Virus record (IMG/VR): IMGVR_UViG_3300032236_001082
Coordinates: 48,159-112,158 of that record
Length of the DNA stretch: 64,000 nucleotides
Source: a virus
Strand: one strand, 5' to 3'
Part shown: piece by piece, positions 33,633 to 42,638 of the stretch
How positions within the stretch are numbered: position 1 is the first letter of the stretch
Layout of the letters: every line of letters starts with the position of its first letter
Notes under the pieces: model-generated
Databases searched by the model: none
The model's input: the letters and a program-made list of their open reading frames with translations, nothing else
Told to the model about the DNA's origin: nothing
Made by a program: the position numbers and the translations under genes

Positions 33633-34304
33633 TTACCACTCAACTGATGTTGAGGTTGTTGATTCTTGAGAAGAGTCTGAAACTACGCCCATGTAGAAGT
33701 TTTCCTGATCTGCGTAAGCAACTGTTCGAACAGCTGTCTTAGGCAAGTCAAAAAGCTCATACTTTGAAAAATCAATAGGCTTGACTTCTGCTGTTGGAAG
33801 AGGAATGATGCTGTAGTTAGTATCAGTCTTTTCTCCTGTGCGCTTTAATTTCCAAACAAGGTTTGTAATGCTTCCTGTTTCTGAAGCGTATGAACCAATT
33901 TCTGGTGTAGCTGACTTTGCGCCTGTTCCCTGAGAAAGAATAGCGACATATGGATCTTCATTTCCATCTTCTACCAAAACGTTAACGTAGAAACGTGGAC
34001 GAGCTTTCCAACCAGCCTTCGGATCACGGCGATGCTGTTCGCAACCAAAGCACTGACCTTCGTCTTCAAAGGTGCATACAGCTTTACGCTTGTAATCTTT
34101 TGGATTTGTGTGTTCAATGCCTACGATGCCGAGGCCAGCTTCTTTGTTGTAATTTGCTGAGTCAGGATCAATCTCCTGAAGAAAACGGATCTTTACAGAT
34201 TGTCCGTCTTTAAGTTGTAGCCATCTTCCCTTTTGTGAATCTGAAGATGTGTGTGTTGGTTCCATTGCCTTGTTCATGGCTGCTAAACCTGTTACGATTC
34301 CCAT
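33633..34304 (-). CDS. single-stranded DNA-binding protein (gp32-like)
   Basis: LKDGQSVKIRF, Zn Cys/His ligands, RTG...TNYSIIP, acidic/Ser tail. Confidence 0.75.
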   Translation of the reverse strand: MGIVTGLAAMNKAMEPTHTSSDSQKGRWLQLKDGQSVKIRFLQEIDPDSANYNKEAGLGIVGIEHTNPKDYKRKAVCTFEDEGQCFGCEQHRRDPKAGWKARPRFYVNVLVEDGNEDPYVAILSQGTGAKSATPEIGSYASETGSITNLVWKLKRTGEKTDTNYSIIPLPTAEVKPIDFSKYELFDLPKTAVRTVAYADQENFYMGVVSDSSQESTTSTSVEW

Positions 34305-34350
34305 ATATATTCTCCTTAGTGTAATGGGCTATACGATGCCCTGTGTTACT

Positions 34351-34359
34351 ATTATACCA
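34351..34359 (-). promoter_or_regulatory. extended -10 promoter
   Basis: TGGTATAAT upstream of ssb-dnaE. Confidence 0.65.
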
Positions 34360-35313
34360 TCAATTAATATACTCAAAATGACTTATAGCATTTTTGATAC
34401 ATTGTTTTATTTCTGTGTCTGTGAGATCACCCACGTCTTTTGCATCATGAGGATATACAATACCATCATCAAATGAAGCCCAAGATACACTTTTACCTGG
34501 GAGCTTACCGACAATTTCCATTCCCAGCTTTCTACCAGCTTCATCAGCATCAGTTGCAATGATTAAAGATGAAGAATACTTATTTAAATTATGAACATTT
34601 TGCTTAGATATACCGCCACCCAAAGTAGCAACAACATTTGGATACCCCGCTTGATGAATTCTAATGGCATCAAAAGAAGATTCACAAACAATAATTGTTG
34701 CACTTGTTTTCTTTGCTCTATGCAAGTTAAACATAGTTAAGCTTCTGGGCAAATTATCGCTATTCTTAAACCTCTTACCCTCAATAGATCTGCCAATAAT
34801 ACCTACGGGCATTCCTGTTGGGCTGTGTAATGGGACTGTTACCATCCCTTGTTTTTGTGAATATCCCAAATAAAAATAATCAATAGACTCATCGTTAATG
34901 CCACGACCATGAAAATAATTCCTAGACTCTTCATTTAAACCATTGTGTAAGCTGTCAAGAGTATCTTGAGGAAACTCTATGAAATCAGGTTTCTCTTCAA
35001 ACAACTCTTCTAAATCTTTGTCAAAAGTATCTGGTCTATTTTTTTGTAACAGTCTAATAAAACGTGCTGCTTCAAATTGACCCATTGATCCTTTTTGAAT
35101 AATTAAATCTTCTAAACCTCCACGAGCATCGCAAGAGGGATTGTAACAAATGTATGCCCCAGTTGTTTTGCTGATTGCAAAAGATGGGGTATTAGTGTTG
35201 CTATGAAATGGACAGTAACAAAAATAATCTGTTTGTGAGTAATGGTGGATTTTCATGCCTATGCCTTCAACGACTTCACGTACTTGTGAGGGACTATATT
35301 TTTCCATAAGCAT
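34360..35313 (-). CDS. dnaG: DNA primase
   Basis: CPFH...PSF Zn finger, Toprim CES.FD, VATLG, DADEAG, KDVGD. Confidence 0.92.
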   Translation of the reverse strand: MLMEKYSPSQVREVVEGIGMKIHHYSQTDYFCYCPFHSNTNTPSFAISKTTGAYICYNPSCDARGGLEDLIIQKGSMGQFEAARFIRLLQKNRPDTFDKDLEELFEEKPDFIEFPQDTLDSLHNGLNEESRNYFHGRGINDESIDYFYLGYSQKQGMVTVPLHSPTGMPVGIIGRSIEGKRFKNSDNLPRSLTMFNLHRAKKTSATIIVCESSFDAIRIHQAGYPNVVATLGGGISKQNVHNLNKYSSSLIIATDADEAGRKLGMEIVGKLPGKSVSWASFDDGIVYPHDAKDVGDLTDTEIKQCIKNAISHFEYIN

Positions 35314-35319
35314 TAATGA

Positions 35320-35328
35320 ATTATAGCA
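35320..35328 (-). promoter_or_regulatory. extended -10 promoter (leaderless primase mRNA)
   Basis: TGCTATAAT 7 nt before ATG 35313. Confidence 0.6.
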
Positions 35329-35346
35329 TCAAGAATTATTATCTGT

Positions 35347-35694
35347 CTAGTTCTGTGCAAATTGTGGTGGAACGTTTATAATAAACTGTGGTGGTGGGCT
35401 TAATACTTGCTTAGTGTTTCTTTTATAAAATTGTTGCCCAGAAAAACCTTCTATTTCTTGCGCTTTCTTTTTACCAACATAGACACCAAACATTTCTAAA
35501 TTAAAACTATACGTGTCTTTATTTTCATTATACTTAATTGAAAACTGTGGTTCTAGATCAAGCACTGGGACATAGCCACGATCCCGCATTTGTTGAAGTA
35601 AAGTTCTTTCATACATAAGGCGTGACTTACCAATGGAAGCATCATCTTTAATGACACCCCCAATTAGAAAAGCTTTAATATTTCTTTTTAACAT
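35347..35694 (-). CDS. hypothetical protein
   Basis: MRDRGYVPVLD; lies between helicase and primase. Confidence 0.7.
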   Translation of the reverse strand: MLKRNIKAFLIGGVIKDDASIGKSRLMYERTLLQQMRDRGYVPVLDLEPQFSIKYNENKDTYSFNLEMFGVYVGKKKAQEIEGFSGQQFYKRNTKQVLSPPPQFIINVPPQFAQN

Positions 35695-35748
35695 TTTGCG
35701 CCTTACTGTCTATCTAATTATACTAGACGCAAAGTGTATTACAAAGAT

Positions 35749-36981
35749 TTAAAGCTGTGGGATATCCATTTCATAGATTTCTTGAACAACTCCACGGTTT
35801 AAGTCCCAATCTAGATAAAATGCAAAGTCTGTACCGTGGCGGTTCTTTCTACTGACCACTTCCATAATATTTGTATCTGGTCGCTTGTGAATTGCCATAG
35901 CCATGTCAGCATCATATTCAATAGCTTTTGACCAAGCAACTTGTGAAAGAAGTGGTGGAGCTTCTTGATCTGAAATATCGTCCATGGTTGCAGCAGTAAT
36001 ATCAATTACTGGAATACCGTTTCTAACTGCTAGCAACTTAAAATCACGAGAAATATTACGGTTACGCTCTACTTCTGATTTAGCTCCTGATGAATCATTA
36101 AATAGCTGGTGGTAATCCAAGATAACAAGGTCTGGCTTATACTGGTCAATCTTAGCTTGAACAGTATTTGGAGTTACTTGACCTTGACCTTCATTAGAAA
36201 TAAGAATAAAGCCTTGCTTATCAGTAAATTTATTTTCAGCCCAGCTATGGAAATCATCGGTATTTACCATACCCTTTTGGAAGTCTGAAGCTTTAAATAA
36301 ACCTGAGCCCATCATGGTATAGATACGATCTCTCATATTTTCTGGCGACATCTCAAGGGAGATAATCATAGGCTTAAAACCCTGTTCCCAGGCTTTACAG
36401 GCTAGATAAGATGACATCCAAGTCTTACCCCTACCCGCCCAGCCAATCATGACGATAAGGTGTCCTGGAGCCATTCCTGTGGGGTATGCTAGGTCAATAG
36501 CCTTAAACCCAGTTTTAATTCCTGGGCTTCCTCCCATAGCAAGAGAACGCTCACGCACTGACTCAAAATGTTTTTCAGCTAAAGCAAAATCAGTTAAATC
36601 AACATCTCTTACATTACCAGTAATTCTAGTCAGATTAGAAATTTCAGTCTGCATCTCAAGAAGAACTCTTGTTGCCGAATCTGTCTTTAACTTAGATCCA
36701 TTTTTTAAAAGAAGGTCTTTAATCTTATTAGTGAGAAATTCATTCTTTAGGTTATCTAAGTAATAACCAGTCTCGCCCTTGACTGCTTCTGGTTCAAAAT
36801 CTTTAAACTTTTCCTGTAGCACGGAGACATCTGGGACCGCTCTAAACTTTAAATAATAAGACTTTAAACCTTCCCACACATCACGATGTGATATAAAAAT
36901 ATCATCAACGTTATCTGCCAAAACTGTTGCAATATCTTTATTCTTGCATACGGCTGATAATACAGCTGCCTCAGTGTTCAT
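35749..36981 (-). CDS. dnaB: DnaB-like replicative helicase
   Basis: GIKTGF, GWAGRGKT, SLEM, ILDY, IEYDAD, KNRHG. Confidence 0.93.
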   Translation of the reverse strand: MNTEAAVLSAVCKNKDIATVLADNVDDIFISHRDVWEGLKSYYLKFRAVPDVSVLQEKFKDFEPEAVKGETGYYLDNLKNEFLTNKIKDLLLKNGSKLKTDSATRVLLEMQTEISNLTRITGNVRDVDLTDFALAEKHFESVRERSLAMGGSPGIKTGFKAIDLAYPTGMAPGHLIVMIGWAGRGKTWMSSYLACKAWEQGFKPMIISLEMSPENMRDRIYTMMGSGLFKASDFQKGMVNTDDFHSWAENKFTDKQGFILISNEGQGQVTPNTVQAKIDQYKPDLVILDYHQLFNDSSGAKSEVERNRNISRDFKLLAVRNGIPVIDITAATMDDISDQEAPPLLSQVAWSKAIEYDADMAMAIHKRPDTNIMEVVSRKNRHGTDFAFYLDWDLNRGVVQEIYEMDIPQL

Positions 36982-37303
36982 TAGATTCCGTTTCTACTAA
37001 AAGCTTAGTTTGTTCCATTAACATTCTTCTACGTTCTTTATCTGCTTCAGATTTTACCATAACATCATCTATTCTGTCAAAGTTGTATAAAAACCAATTT
37101 AAAGGATGCCCTGGCTTATTACATTTAAAATAATATTCTAGCAACTGTTTGGCTCTATCAAATCCAACAGTATCAATAACATCTTGCATTGCCCACTTTT
37201 CCCTATATCTATTTACTACAGGCTGGCGAGTATAATGTGTTTTATACAGGGCAATATACAAGGATACTAGTGCGTATGCTTGTTGGGCATCTTGCTTTGC
37301 CAT
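36971..37303 (-). CDS. hypothetical protein (replication module)
   Basis: ORF track; overlaps the helicase start. Confidence 0.7.
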   Translation of the reverse strand: MAKQDAQQAYALVSLYIALYKTHYTRQPVVNRYREKWAMQDVIDTVGFDRAKQLLEYYFKCNKPGHPLNWFLYNFDRIDDVMVKSEADKERRRMLMEQTKLLVETESNEH

Positions 37304-37518
37304 TATTTTCTACCTTTAATCTCAGCTTCTATCTGATTTACTTTTTCTATTAACTGATTTTCTACAAACTTGTATACACGATCTGTGGCTGTGGTGGTAT
37401 TCTCACCCTCACGAACCCAATCTTCAATACCTAAACCAACCTTAACGCTTTCAAAGTTTCCTAGATTGCGTGTAAAGTTTAGTTCTACCTTAATCTTCGT
37501 CTGATCCATCCTGCTCAT
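37303..37518 (-). CDS. hypothetical protein
   Basis: TRNLGNFES motif. Confidence 0.7.
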   Translation of the reverse strand: MSRMDQTKIKVELNFTRNLGNFESVKVGLGIEDWVREGENTTTATDRVYKFVENQLIEKVNQIEAEIKGRK

Positions 37519-37750
37519 CTTCTTTCTTTAGAGGTGGGAAACCAAAACCAGTCTTAAACTTTTTAGTATTCTTATCTGCCAAGTGCTGGTATAGCAACAT
37601 CATTCTGTCTGATATTGCAATTATAGCATCTAGGTCTTCCTTTTGTAAAGCTAAGTCCATTGCGTGTTCTAATATATTTAAAGATAAGTTTAACGCATGT
37701 TTTGCTTCTTTATTTAGTTTATTATTCTCTACCACTCTGGTTGTTTCCAA
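37490..37750 (-). CDS. hypothetical protein
   Basis: ORF track. Confidence 0.6.
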   Translation of the reverse strand: METTRVVENNKLNKEAKHALNLSLNILEHAMDLALQKEDLDAIIAISDRMMLLYQHLADKNTKKFKTGFGFPPLKKEDEQDGSDED

Positions 37751-38244
37751 ACTGGGACAAAAGCCCCATCGTTATCCTTGACGTATAATATTGTTTCATT
37801 ACGTAGTAAAGCTTCTAGTTCTACTTTACTAGGAATATTGCTAGCTGTTACAGCCCCGTCGTTTCTAGGTCTGCCTATATGAACTGTTTTAAAAAATTCT
37901 CTAATATTTCTAATATCTTCATCGGTGAAATAATATCTACCTAATTTATTTTTATCGTCTAAAGCATGGGCCTGTTGAGGCTTAGGTATATCACCAGATC
38001 TTAAATGTCTCTTAATCGTATCAACATGTCGGTTGATAAGCTTTCCTACTTCTGAAATAGAATAAGCGTGTTTTTTATTTTTCTGCACATCTGTGTAGTT
38101 ATAAGCCACACGCTTATCCCGAACAAAATCCCAGGCAATCACAGTATCTTCAGTTCTATTAACTTGAAGTGCTTTGTGAAGGGAGTCGTTTAAGTAGAAA
38201 TACAATAATCGGCGTTCAGCTTTCTTTCTTGATTGTTTAGCCAT
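37729..38244 (-). CDS. MerR-like HTH DNA-binding protein
   Basis: YSISEVGKLINRHVDTIKRH...G.IP.P...YFTDEDI. Confidence 0.75.
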   Translation of the reverse strand: MAKQSRKKAERRLLYFYLNDSLHKALQVNRTEDTVIAWDFVRDKRVAYNYTDVQKNKKHAYSISEVGKLINRHVDTIKRHLRSGDIPKPQQAHALDDKNKLGRYYFTDEDIRNIREFFKTVHIGRPRNDGAVTASNIPSKVELEALLRNETILYVKDNDGAFVPVWKQPEW

Positions 38245-38375
38245 TGTCCGAATGCATTCCCATCTTTTTTAACAAACCATCTTTTTCCACAAGCTAAGCA
38301 ATATAGTTCTATCCTCAGTTTTTGTGAAAAAACACGATCTATATAAACTCTGCCCTGACATTTTTTACACCACAT
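38190..38375 (-). CDS. zinc-ribbon protein
   Basis: CKKCQGR...CLACGKRW. Confidence 0.7.
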   Translation of the reverse strand: MWCKKCQGRVYIDRVFSQKLRIELYCLACGKRWFVKKDGNAFGQWLNNQERKLNADYCIST

Positions 38376-38393
38376 ATTAAGTTTTGTCTCTAA

Positions 38394-38657
38394 TTACTTA
38401 GTAGCGTTCAACTTTGCTGTCACAGCAGATGTTGCCTGCTCTGCAACGATACCGAATGCTGGATCCTTCTTGTTGACAAAACGCAAGATTACTGGGACTA
38501 ATGAACCCCAAAGAGCGTTTGCTACAAGTGCCCACTGTGCACCCTTAAAGTTAACAACCGAAACATGGCTTGTGCTTGATACGATTGTTGCTGCTGCAAT
38601 AACCTGACCGAGCAAGTTACGAGCATATGATGCGATTAATGCTTGATTAATCTTCAT
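38394..38657 (-). CDS. holin-like membrane protein
   Basis: ASYAR..., two TM segments, VPVILRFVNKKDPAFG; start at 38657 after AGGAG. Confidence 0.65.
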   Translation of the reverse strand: MKINQALIASYARNLLGQVIAAATIVSSTSHVSVVNFKGAQWALVANALWGSLVPVILRFVNKKDPAFGIVAEQATSAVTAKLNATK

Positions 38658-38670
38658 TATTTTGTCTCCT

Positions 38671-39474
38671 TTAGACACTAAATAGTTTCCCGTCAACATA
38701 ACATGTATAGTCTGGGGAAATTTCCACTATCTGAACATGAGGATGTGTTCCATTCTCAATATGTGCGATAGCGAAACCTTTTTGCCAATTGTGGTTCTGT
38801 GTATACTTCATACCAGAACTCTTTTCGTCACACATGTGACCAATCTCATAACCACGAATTGTTCTTCCCCCTGTTGCAACTGGAAGCTCGTATGTTTGAA
38901 AATGTGAGGCAATTCTGTGCGAGTGACCTCTAATTAATGAAATTTGCAAATCATCAATATCTTTTCTTACGGCACCAGTGTCAGCAATTGAAAGACCATG
39001 ATGAACATGAATATCTCCAAAACGATGTCTTGGTAACTCGTTATAATAAATATAATCATAACCCAAAGAGTCTAAAGACCATAATGATTCTGGTGTAATG
39101 TCTTTGGCATAATCTGGAAGCTTCTTGTCAATGTAATCAAAGATTCTTATATCATGGTTTCCCAGCGCAGAAAATAGCTGTGCGTCTGGCAACATCTCTC
39201 TAGTCTTGGCATAAAAATCTCTAGCACCCTTTGCCTCATGCCTCATCATCGGCACAATAAGATCTTTGCTATCGTCTTTATGCAATTGTAAAAATTCGGC
39301 AGATCTGCCTTCTGTGTACTTGCTGTAGCAAGCTTGATCGTCAGTGTCGCCCAAATAATCAACAACATCTGGTTTGAACCATTTCATAACTTTAAACCAA
39401 AGCTCAATAGCTTTGTCGTCTTGATATGGAAACTGCTGGTCGGATGAAAGCATCCACTTTAAATCATTAGTCAA
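38671..39474 (-). CDS. calcineurin-like metallophosphoesterase
   Basis: SDQQ, LGD..D, GNHD, HHG, GHSH. Confidence 0.88.
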   Translation of the reverse strand: MTNDLKWMLSSDQQFPYQDDKAIELWFKVMKWFKPDVVDYLGDTDDQACYSKYTEGRSAEFLQLHKDDSKDLIVPMMRHEAKGARDFYAKTREMLPDAQLFSALGNHDIRIFDYIDKKLPDYAKDITPESLWSLDSLGYDYIYYNELPRHRFGDIHVHHGLSIADTGAVRKDIDDLQISLIRGHSHRIASHFQTYELPVATGGRTIRGYEIGHMCDEKSSGMKYTQNHNWQKGFAIAHIENGTHPHVQIVEISPDYTCYVDGKLFSV

Positions 39475-39517
39475 TTAATAACCTTTCAAGTTATCTAATA
39501 ATGTACATTATTGGTTT

Positions 39518-39712
39518 TTATTTTGCAACTGCTTGTTTTGTTGCTTTGGTTAAACTTTCGCTGTAGTCAGACGCAGCTTGTTCTTTAGATTCTTTTTCAT
39601 TCATTAGCATTGTTATTTCAGCTCTTAATACCGCTATTTGAGTTTCATAATTTGAAACTAACTCACCCATACGTTGTTGTAGGGCGGTAATTACTAATTC
39701 CGCTTTATCCAT
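39518..39712 (-). CDS. coiled-coil hypothetical protein
   Basis: ORF track. Confidence 0.65.
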   Translation of the reverse strand: MDKAELVITALQQRMGELVSNYETQIAVLRAEITMLMNEKESKEQAASDYSESLTKATKQAVAK

Positions 39713-39724
39713 TTATATTATTCC

Positions 39725-39964
39725 TTATGCTCCTGGTGTTGGATCCGACAACTTTAATGAAGACAGCTCTGCTTGCAAAACAGCCATCTGAGCATTTGCA
39801 TCGCTAAGTTGATTATTTAACGACATAATTGTCTCTGGGTTAGGAGATGCTACTGCTTGTGCTTCTCTTAAGCTGAGCTGAATGTTGTACATAGCATATC
39901 CCAAGTTCTTAATATGCTGATCTAAAATAGTAGATTTTTCCAAGTCTGATAGTTCTATTGACAT
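39725..39964 (-). CDS. coiled-coil hypothetical protein
   Basis: ORF track; GGAGG RBS. Confidence 0.65.
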   Translation of the reverse strand: MSIELSDLEKSTILDQHIKNLGYAMYNIQLSLREAQAVASPNPETIMSLNNQLSDANAQMAVLQAELSSLKLSDPTPGA

Positions 39965-39976
39965 TTTTCCTCCATA

Positions 39977-40558
39977 TTACTCTATGATACCATCATTTCT
40001 ATTATAAATGAAGCACTGGATGGTTATTCTAAACCTATCGGTTGTTTTGACTGGGGCTGTTCCATGATCCAGCCCGCCTTCATTTACTGTGCACAAATTA
40101 AAGGATGGTAGGATAGCTTTCCACTCTTCCCCATCTTGCCACATAAACATACCGCCATCATCATATTCCCAAACCCTGTTTAAATAGACAGTAACAGCTT
40201 TGCCAAAATGGTTATCGGTATGCCTTGGGATATAGGAATCTTTTGTCCAAACATATAAATTTGCCACACTGACTGGCATATGTTTATTTGGATCAAATAT
40301 ATTTGCTGCCTCCAGTGCACTTTCAAATTTACCAAGATCTTCTTTATTCATTTCAATTACAAATACAGAAGTACTGTCGTCTCTAGCATCTATAGGCCAA
40401 GCCCAATTTGATGACACCCTCGTTATTTCTGTGTTTTTACCATACATAACATCATTTGCGTAATTATAAAGCTTGTCAGCAAAATCTTCATCAAGTAAAT
40501 TTTTATAGATCAGCATACTTGCCTCTTTTGCCATCTTTCCTATAATTTTTCTTATCAA
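39977..40558 (-). CDS. 2OG-Fe(II) oxygenase (EGLN/P4H-like)
   Basis: HTD, VYLNRVWEYDDGG, HGT..V, RITIQ; true start probably 40534 or 40516. Confidence 0.85.
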   Translation of the reverse strand: MIRKIIGKMAKEASMLIYKNLLDEDFADKLYNYANDVMYGKNTEITRVSSNWAWPIDARDDSTSVFVIEMNKEDLGKFESALEAANIFDPNKHMPVSVANLYVWTKDSYIPRHTDNHFGKAVTVYLNRVWEYDDGGMFMWQDGEEWKAILPSFNLCTVNEGGLDHGTAPVKTTDRFRITIQCFIYNRNDGIIE

Positions 40559-41066
40559 TGGAATAAGCTATACCTGCTCTTGGAACCGTTAAACTTTTAA
40601 CCCCGTGTTTCATGGAGTCTGGAAGAAATATCACATCGCCAGGATTTAATGTATAACTAACTTCTGTTCCATCAAAACGAAACACAGTCCAATAAGTTTC
40701 TCCAACACAGCTCCAATGAATTTGCTCACATGGATCTTCATGTGGTCCCAAGCCACTTCCTTCGCCTAGAACTTCTGTCATAATAATGGCTGGCTCATCC
40801 CATAATGTATCTCCCCATACTTCATAGAGATTTGATCTAAAATAAGAAAAAGCTTCGTTATCAGAAAGAATTGGCGATCCGTCATAATCAAAACTAATAG
40901 AAAGCTTAAAGTCATACTCCCAACGAGTATCAACAGCAACTTTAGATTTTTCTCTAAAGTCTAAAAATTCATCAAAAGACACAACATTTGGAAAAGCGTT
41001 CCTAAAAACAAACTCTTCTTGTCCGTCTTTTACTTCATTAAATTTATCTATAAATTCTTTATTCAT
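40503..41066 (-). CDS. JmjC/cupin 2OG hydroxylase (YcfD/ROXA-like core)
   Basis: GLGPHED, G...W, LNPGDVIFLP...HGV; start MNKEF at 41066. Confidence 0.8.
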   Translation of the reverse strand: MNKEFIDKFNEVKDGQEEFVFRNAFPNVVSFDEFLDFREKSKVAVDTRWEYDFKLSISFDYDGSPILSDNEAFSYFRSNLYEVWGDTLWDEPAIIMTEVLGEGSGLGPHEDPCEQIHWSCVGETYWTVFRFDGTEVSYTLNPGDVIFLPDSMKHGVKSLTVPRAGIAYSIDKKNYRKDGKRGKYADL

Positions 41067-42030
41067 TAATATTCCAATACTTTTCTGACACTTCAGCATA
41101 TACCTGGCTGTAGCTTTCCTTATTATACATCTCTATAAATTTAAAATCAGTATTTGAAACAGCATAAGAATCTAACTCGTGCTTATAAGAATAGTTAATC
41201 TCTGATTTAATTAAATAAAACTTTGTAGATTCTTTGGCAAATATTCCATTTAAAAATGCTGTGCCTGCTATGCCAGCTATATGGGTTGCATTATACATAT
41301 AAGATGCTTGCTCTACAACAGTCTTCCCGCTCATTTCAAGCACTTCATAGCCTTCAGATTTAAAGAAATTTTCTATAGCATCATGATAGAACATTGGTGC
41401 ATGCCTTAATGGGTCTTCACCATTATTAAATTTTTCAATTAATTCACTTCTTTTTTTCCTGCTTAAAAATATTTTTTTAGGTAAAGATTGATCTTCTTTT
41501 AATTTACTGGAGTAGTATGTTTTCAGCTCTTTGTTTATTAATTCATTGTCATGCTGGAATAAATCTTTAAATATATAATTATCTATTTTTAATCCTGGAA
41601 CAAATCTTGATGAATAAAAAAAAGTAATTAAATTTTCAAATACTATTTCTGTATTAAAAAATTCTTCTGGGGTCATAACAATATCTTTATCTAATTTAAA
41701 AAGATTTAAAGATTCTTTTCCAATTACACTAAAACTATTTGAGTCATGAGCATTGCTTGGTAAGACTTGATTTAACCAAAGTATATTAATATCTGGATCT
41801 ATATTATTTTTATAATACAACATTGGACCAATACTTTCTTGCAAGTAGTGTCCATAATAATAAGGATTTGCAATTACCATCCATTTGCCAGATAAGTGCT
41901 TATTACTTTTACCTTTATTTATTATAAGATTTTTAAATGTATAAATAGGACCGATGCCTTGATGTTTTTCAATACTCATCCCGTCATAGTTTGGATATTC
42001 CAGACCAGCTGCACCGACTATTTCATGCAT
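41059..42030 (-). CDS. glycosyltransferase family 61 (DUF563)-like
   Basis: YYGHYL.E, KIFLSR..R, EQA..M.NATHIAG.AGTAFLN.IF. Confidence 0.78.
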   Translation of the reverse strand: MHEIVGAAGLEYPNYDGMSIEKHQGIGPIYTFKNLIINKGKSNKHLSGKWMVIANPYYYGHYLQESIGPMLYYKNNIDPDINILWLNQVLPSNAHDSNSFSVIGKESLNLFKLDKDIVMTPEEFFNTEIVFENLITFFYSSRFVPGLKIDNYIFKDLFQHDNELINKELKTYYSSKLKEDQSLPKKIFLSRKKRSELIEKFNNGEDPLRHAPMFYHDAIENFFKSEGYEVLEMSGKTVVEQASYMYNATHIAGIAGTAFLNGIFAKESTKFYLIKSEINYSYKHELDSYAVSNTDFKFIEMYNKESYSQVYAEVSEKYWNINE

Positions 42031-42032
42031 TT

Positions 42033-42638
42033 TTAATCAAGCCAACTTACTACAGCATATCTATGTCCATTATAAACATTATTTACTGAGTGGTTATATA
42101 CATAAGAAGATGGGAATACCAATAGATCATTGGCTTTAGGTTTATATATGACTCCAAATCTAGGAAAAATAATTTCTCCGCCGTCGTAATCATCGTTTAA
42201 ATAATAAATTACAGAAACAGTTCTTGGAAATTCTAAACAATCATCCAAATGATTTCTAAAGTATTCTCCTTCTCCATAATTTAAAATACTCCATAAATCA
42301 TGCGATCTAGTCTCTACACCAAAATCACCCTTGTAATGTTCTTCTACTGGGGTGAAGTATTTGTACATAACAGAGCCAAGTTTTATTTGTAAATCTTCCC
42401 ATTTATCTTTTCCAGTTTCTGGCGGGTTTTTGGAAAGCTCGTATGGAATTCCAGAAGTCTTTAACTTTCTAACGTGATAATCAACTATGTTGTATCCATC
42501 ACTTATTATCATGGGCTCCCCCCATTGAAAATTTTCTGATTCAAACAAAGATCTTATTTCTTTGTACTGTTCATCAAAATTATCAATAACATTTTGATAC
42601 ACACGAAGGCCAGGGCCTATCTCTTTATATTCCATCAT
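42033..42638 (-). CDS. prolyl 4-hydroxylase-like 2OG-Fe(II) oxygenase
   Basis: Y..GEYFRNHLD, RTVSVIYYLNDDYDGGEI.FP, FPS.Y.Y.HSV, G.RYAVVSW; start MMEYK at 42638 overlaps the upstream stop. Confidence 0.9.
   Translation of the reverse strand: MMEYKEIGPGLRVYQNVIDNFDEQYKEIRSLFESENFQWGEPMIISDGYNIVDYHVRKLKTSGIPYELSKNPPETGKDKWEDLQIKLGSVMYKYFTPVEEHYKGDFGVETRSHDLWSILNYGEGEYFRNHLDDCLEFPRTVSVIYYLNDDYDGGEIIFPRFGVIYKPKANDLLVFPSSYVYNHSVNNVYNGHRYAVVSWLD

Noticed and set aside
34321-34349. Hairpin in the ssb leader resembling T4 gene 32 autoregulation
   Set aside because: Only a 4-bp GGGC/GCCC stem lies within the predicted transcript; too weak to support
20312-36981. Inteins or introns in terL, recA, dnaE or dnaB; alternative genetic code
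   Set aside because: Proteins are normal length and uninterrupted, and all three stop codons terminate genes normally
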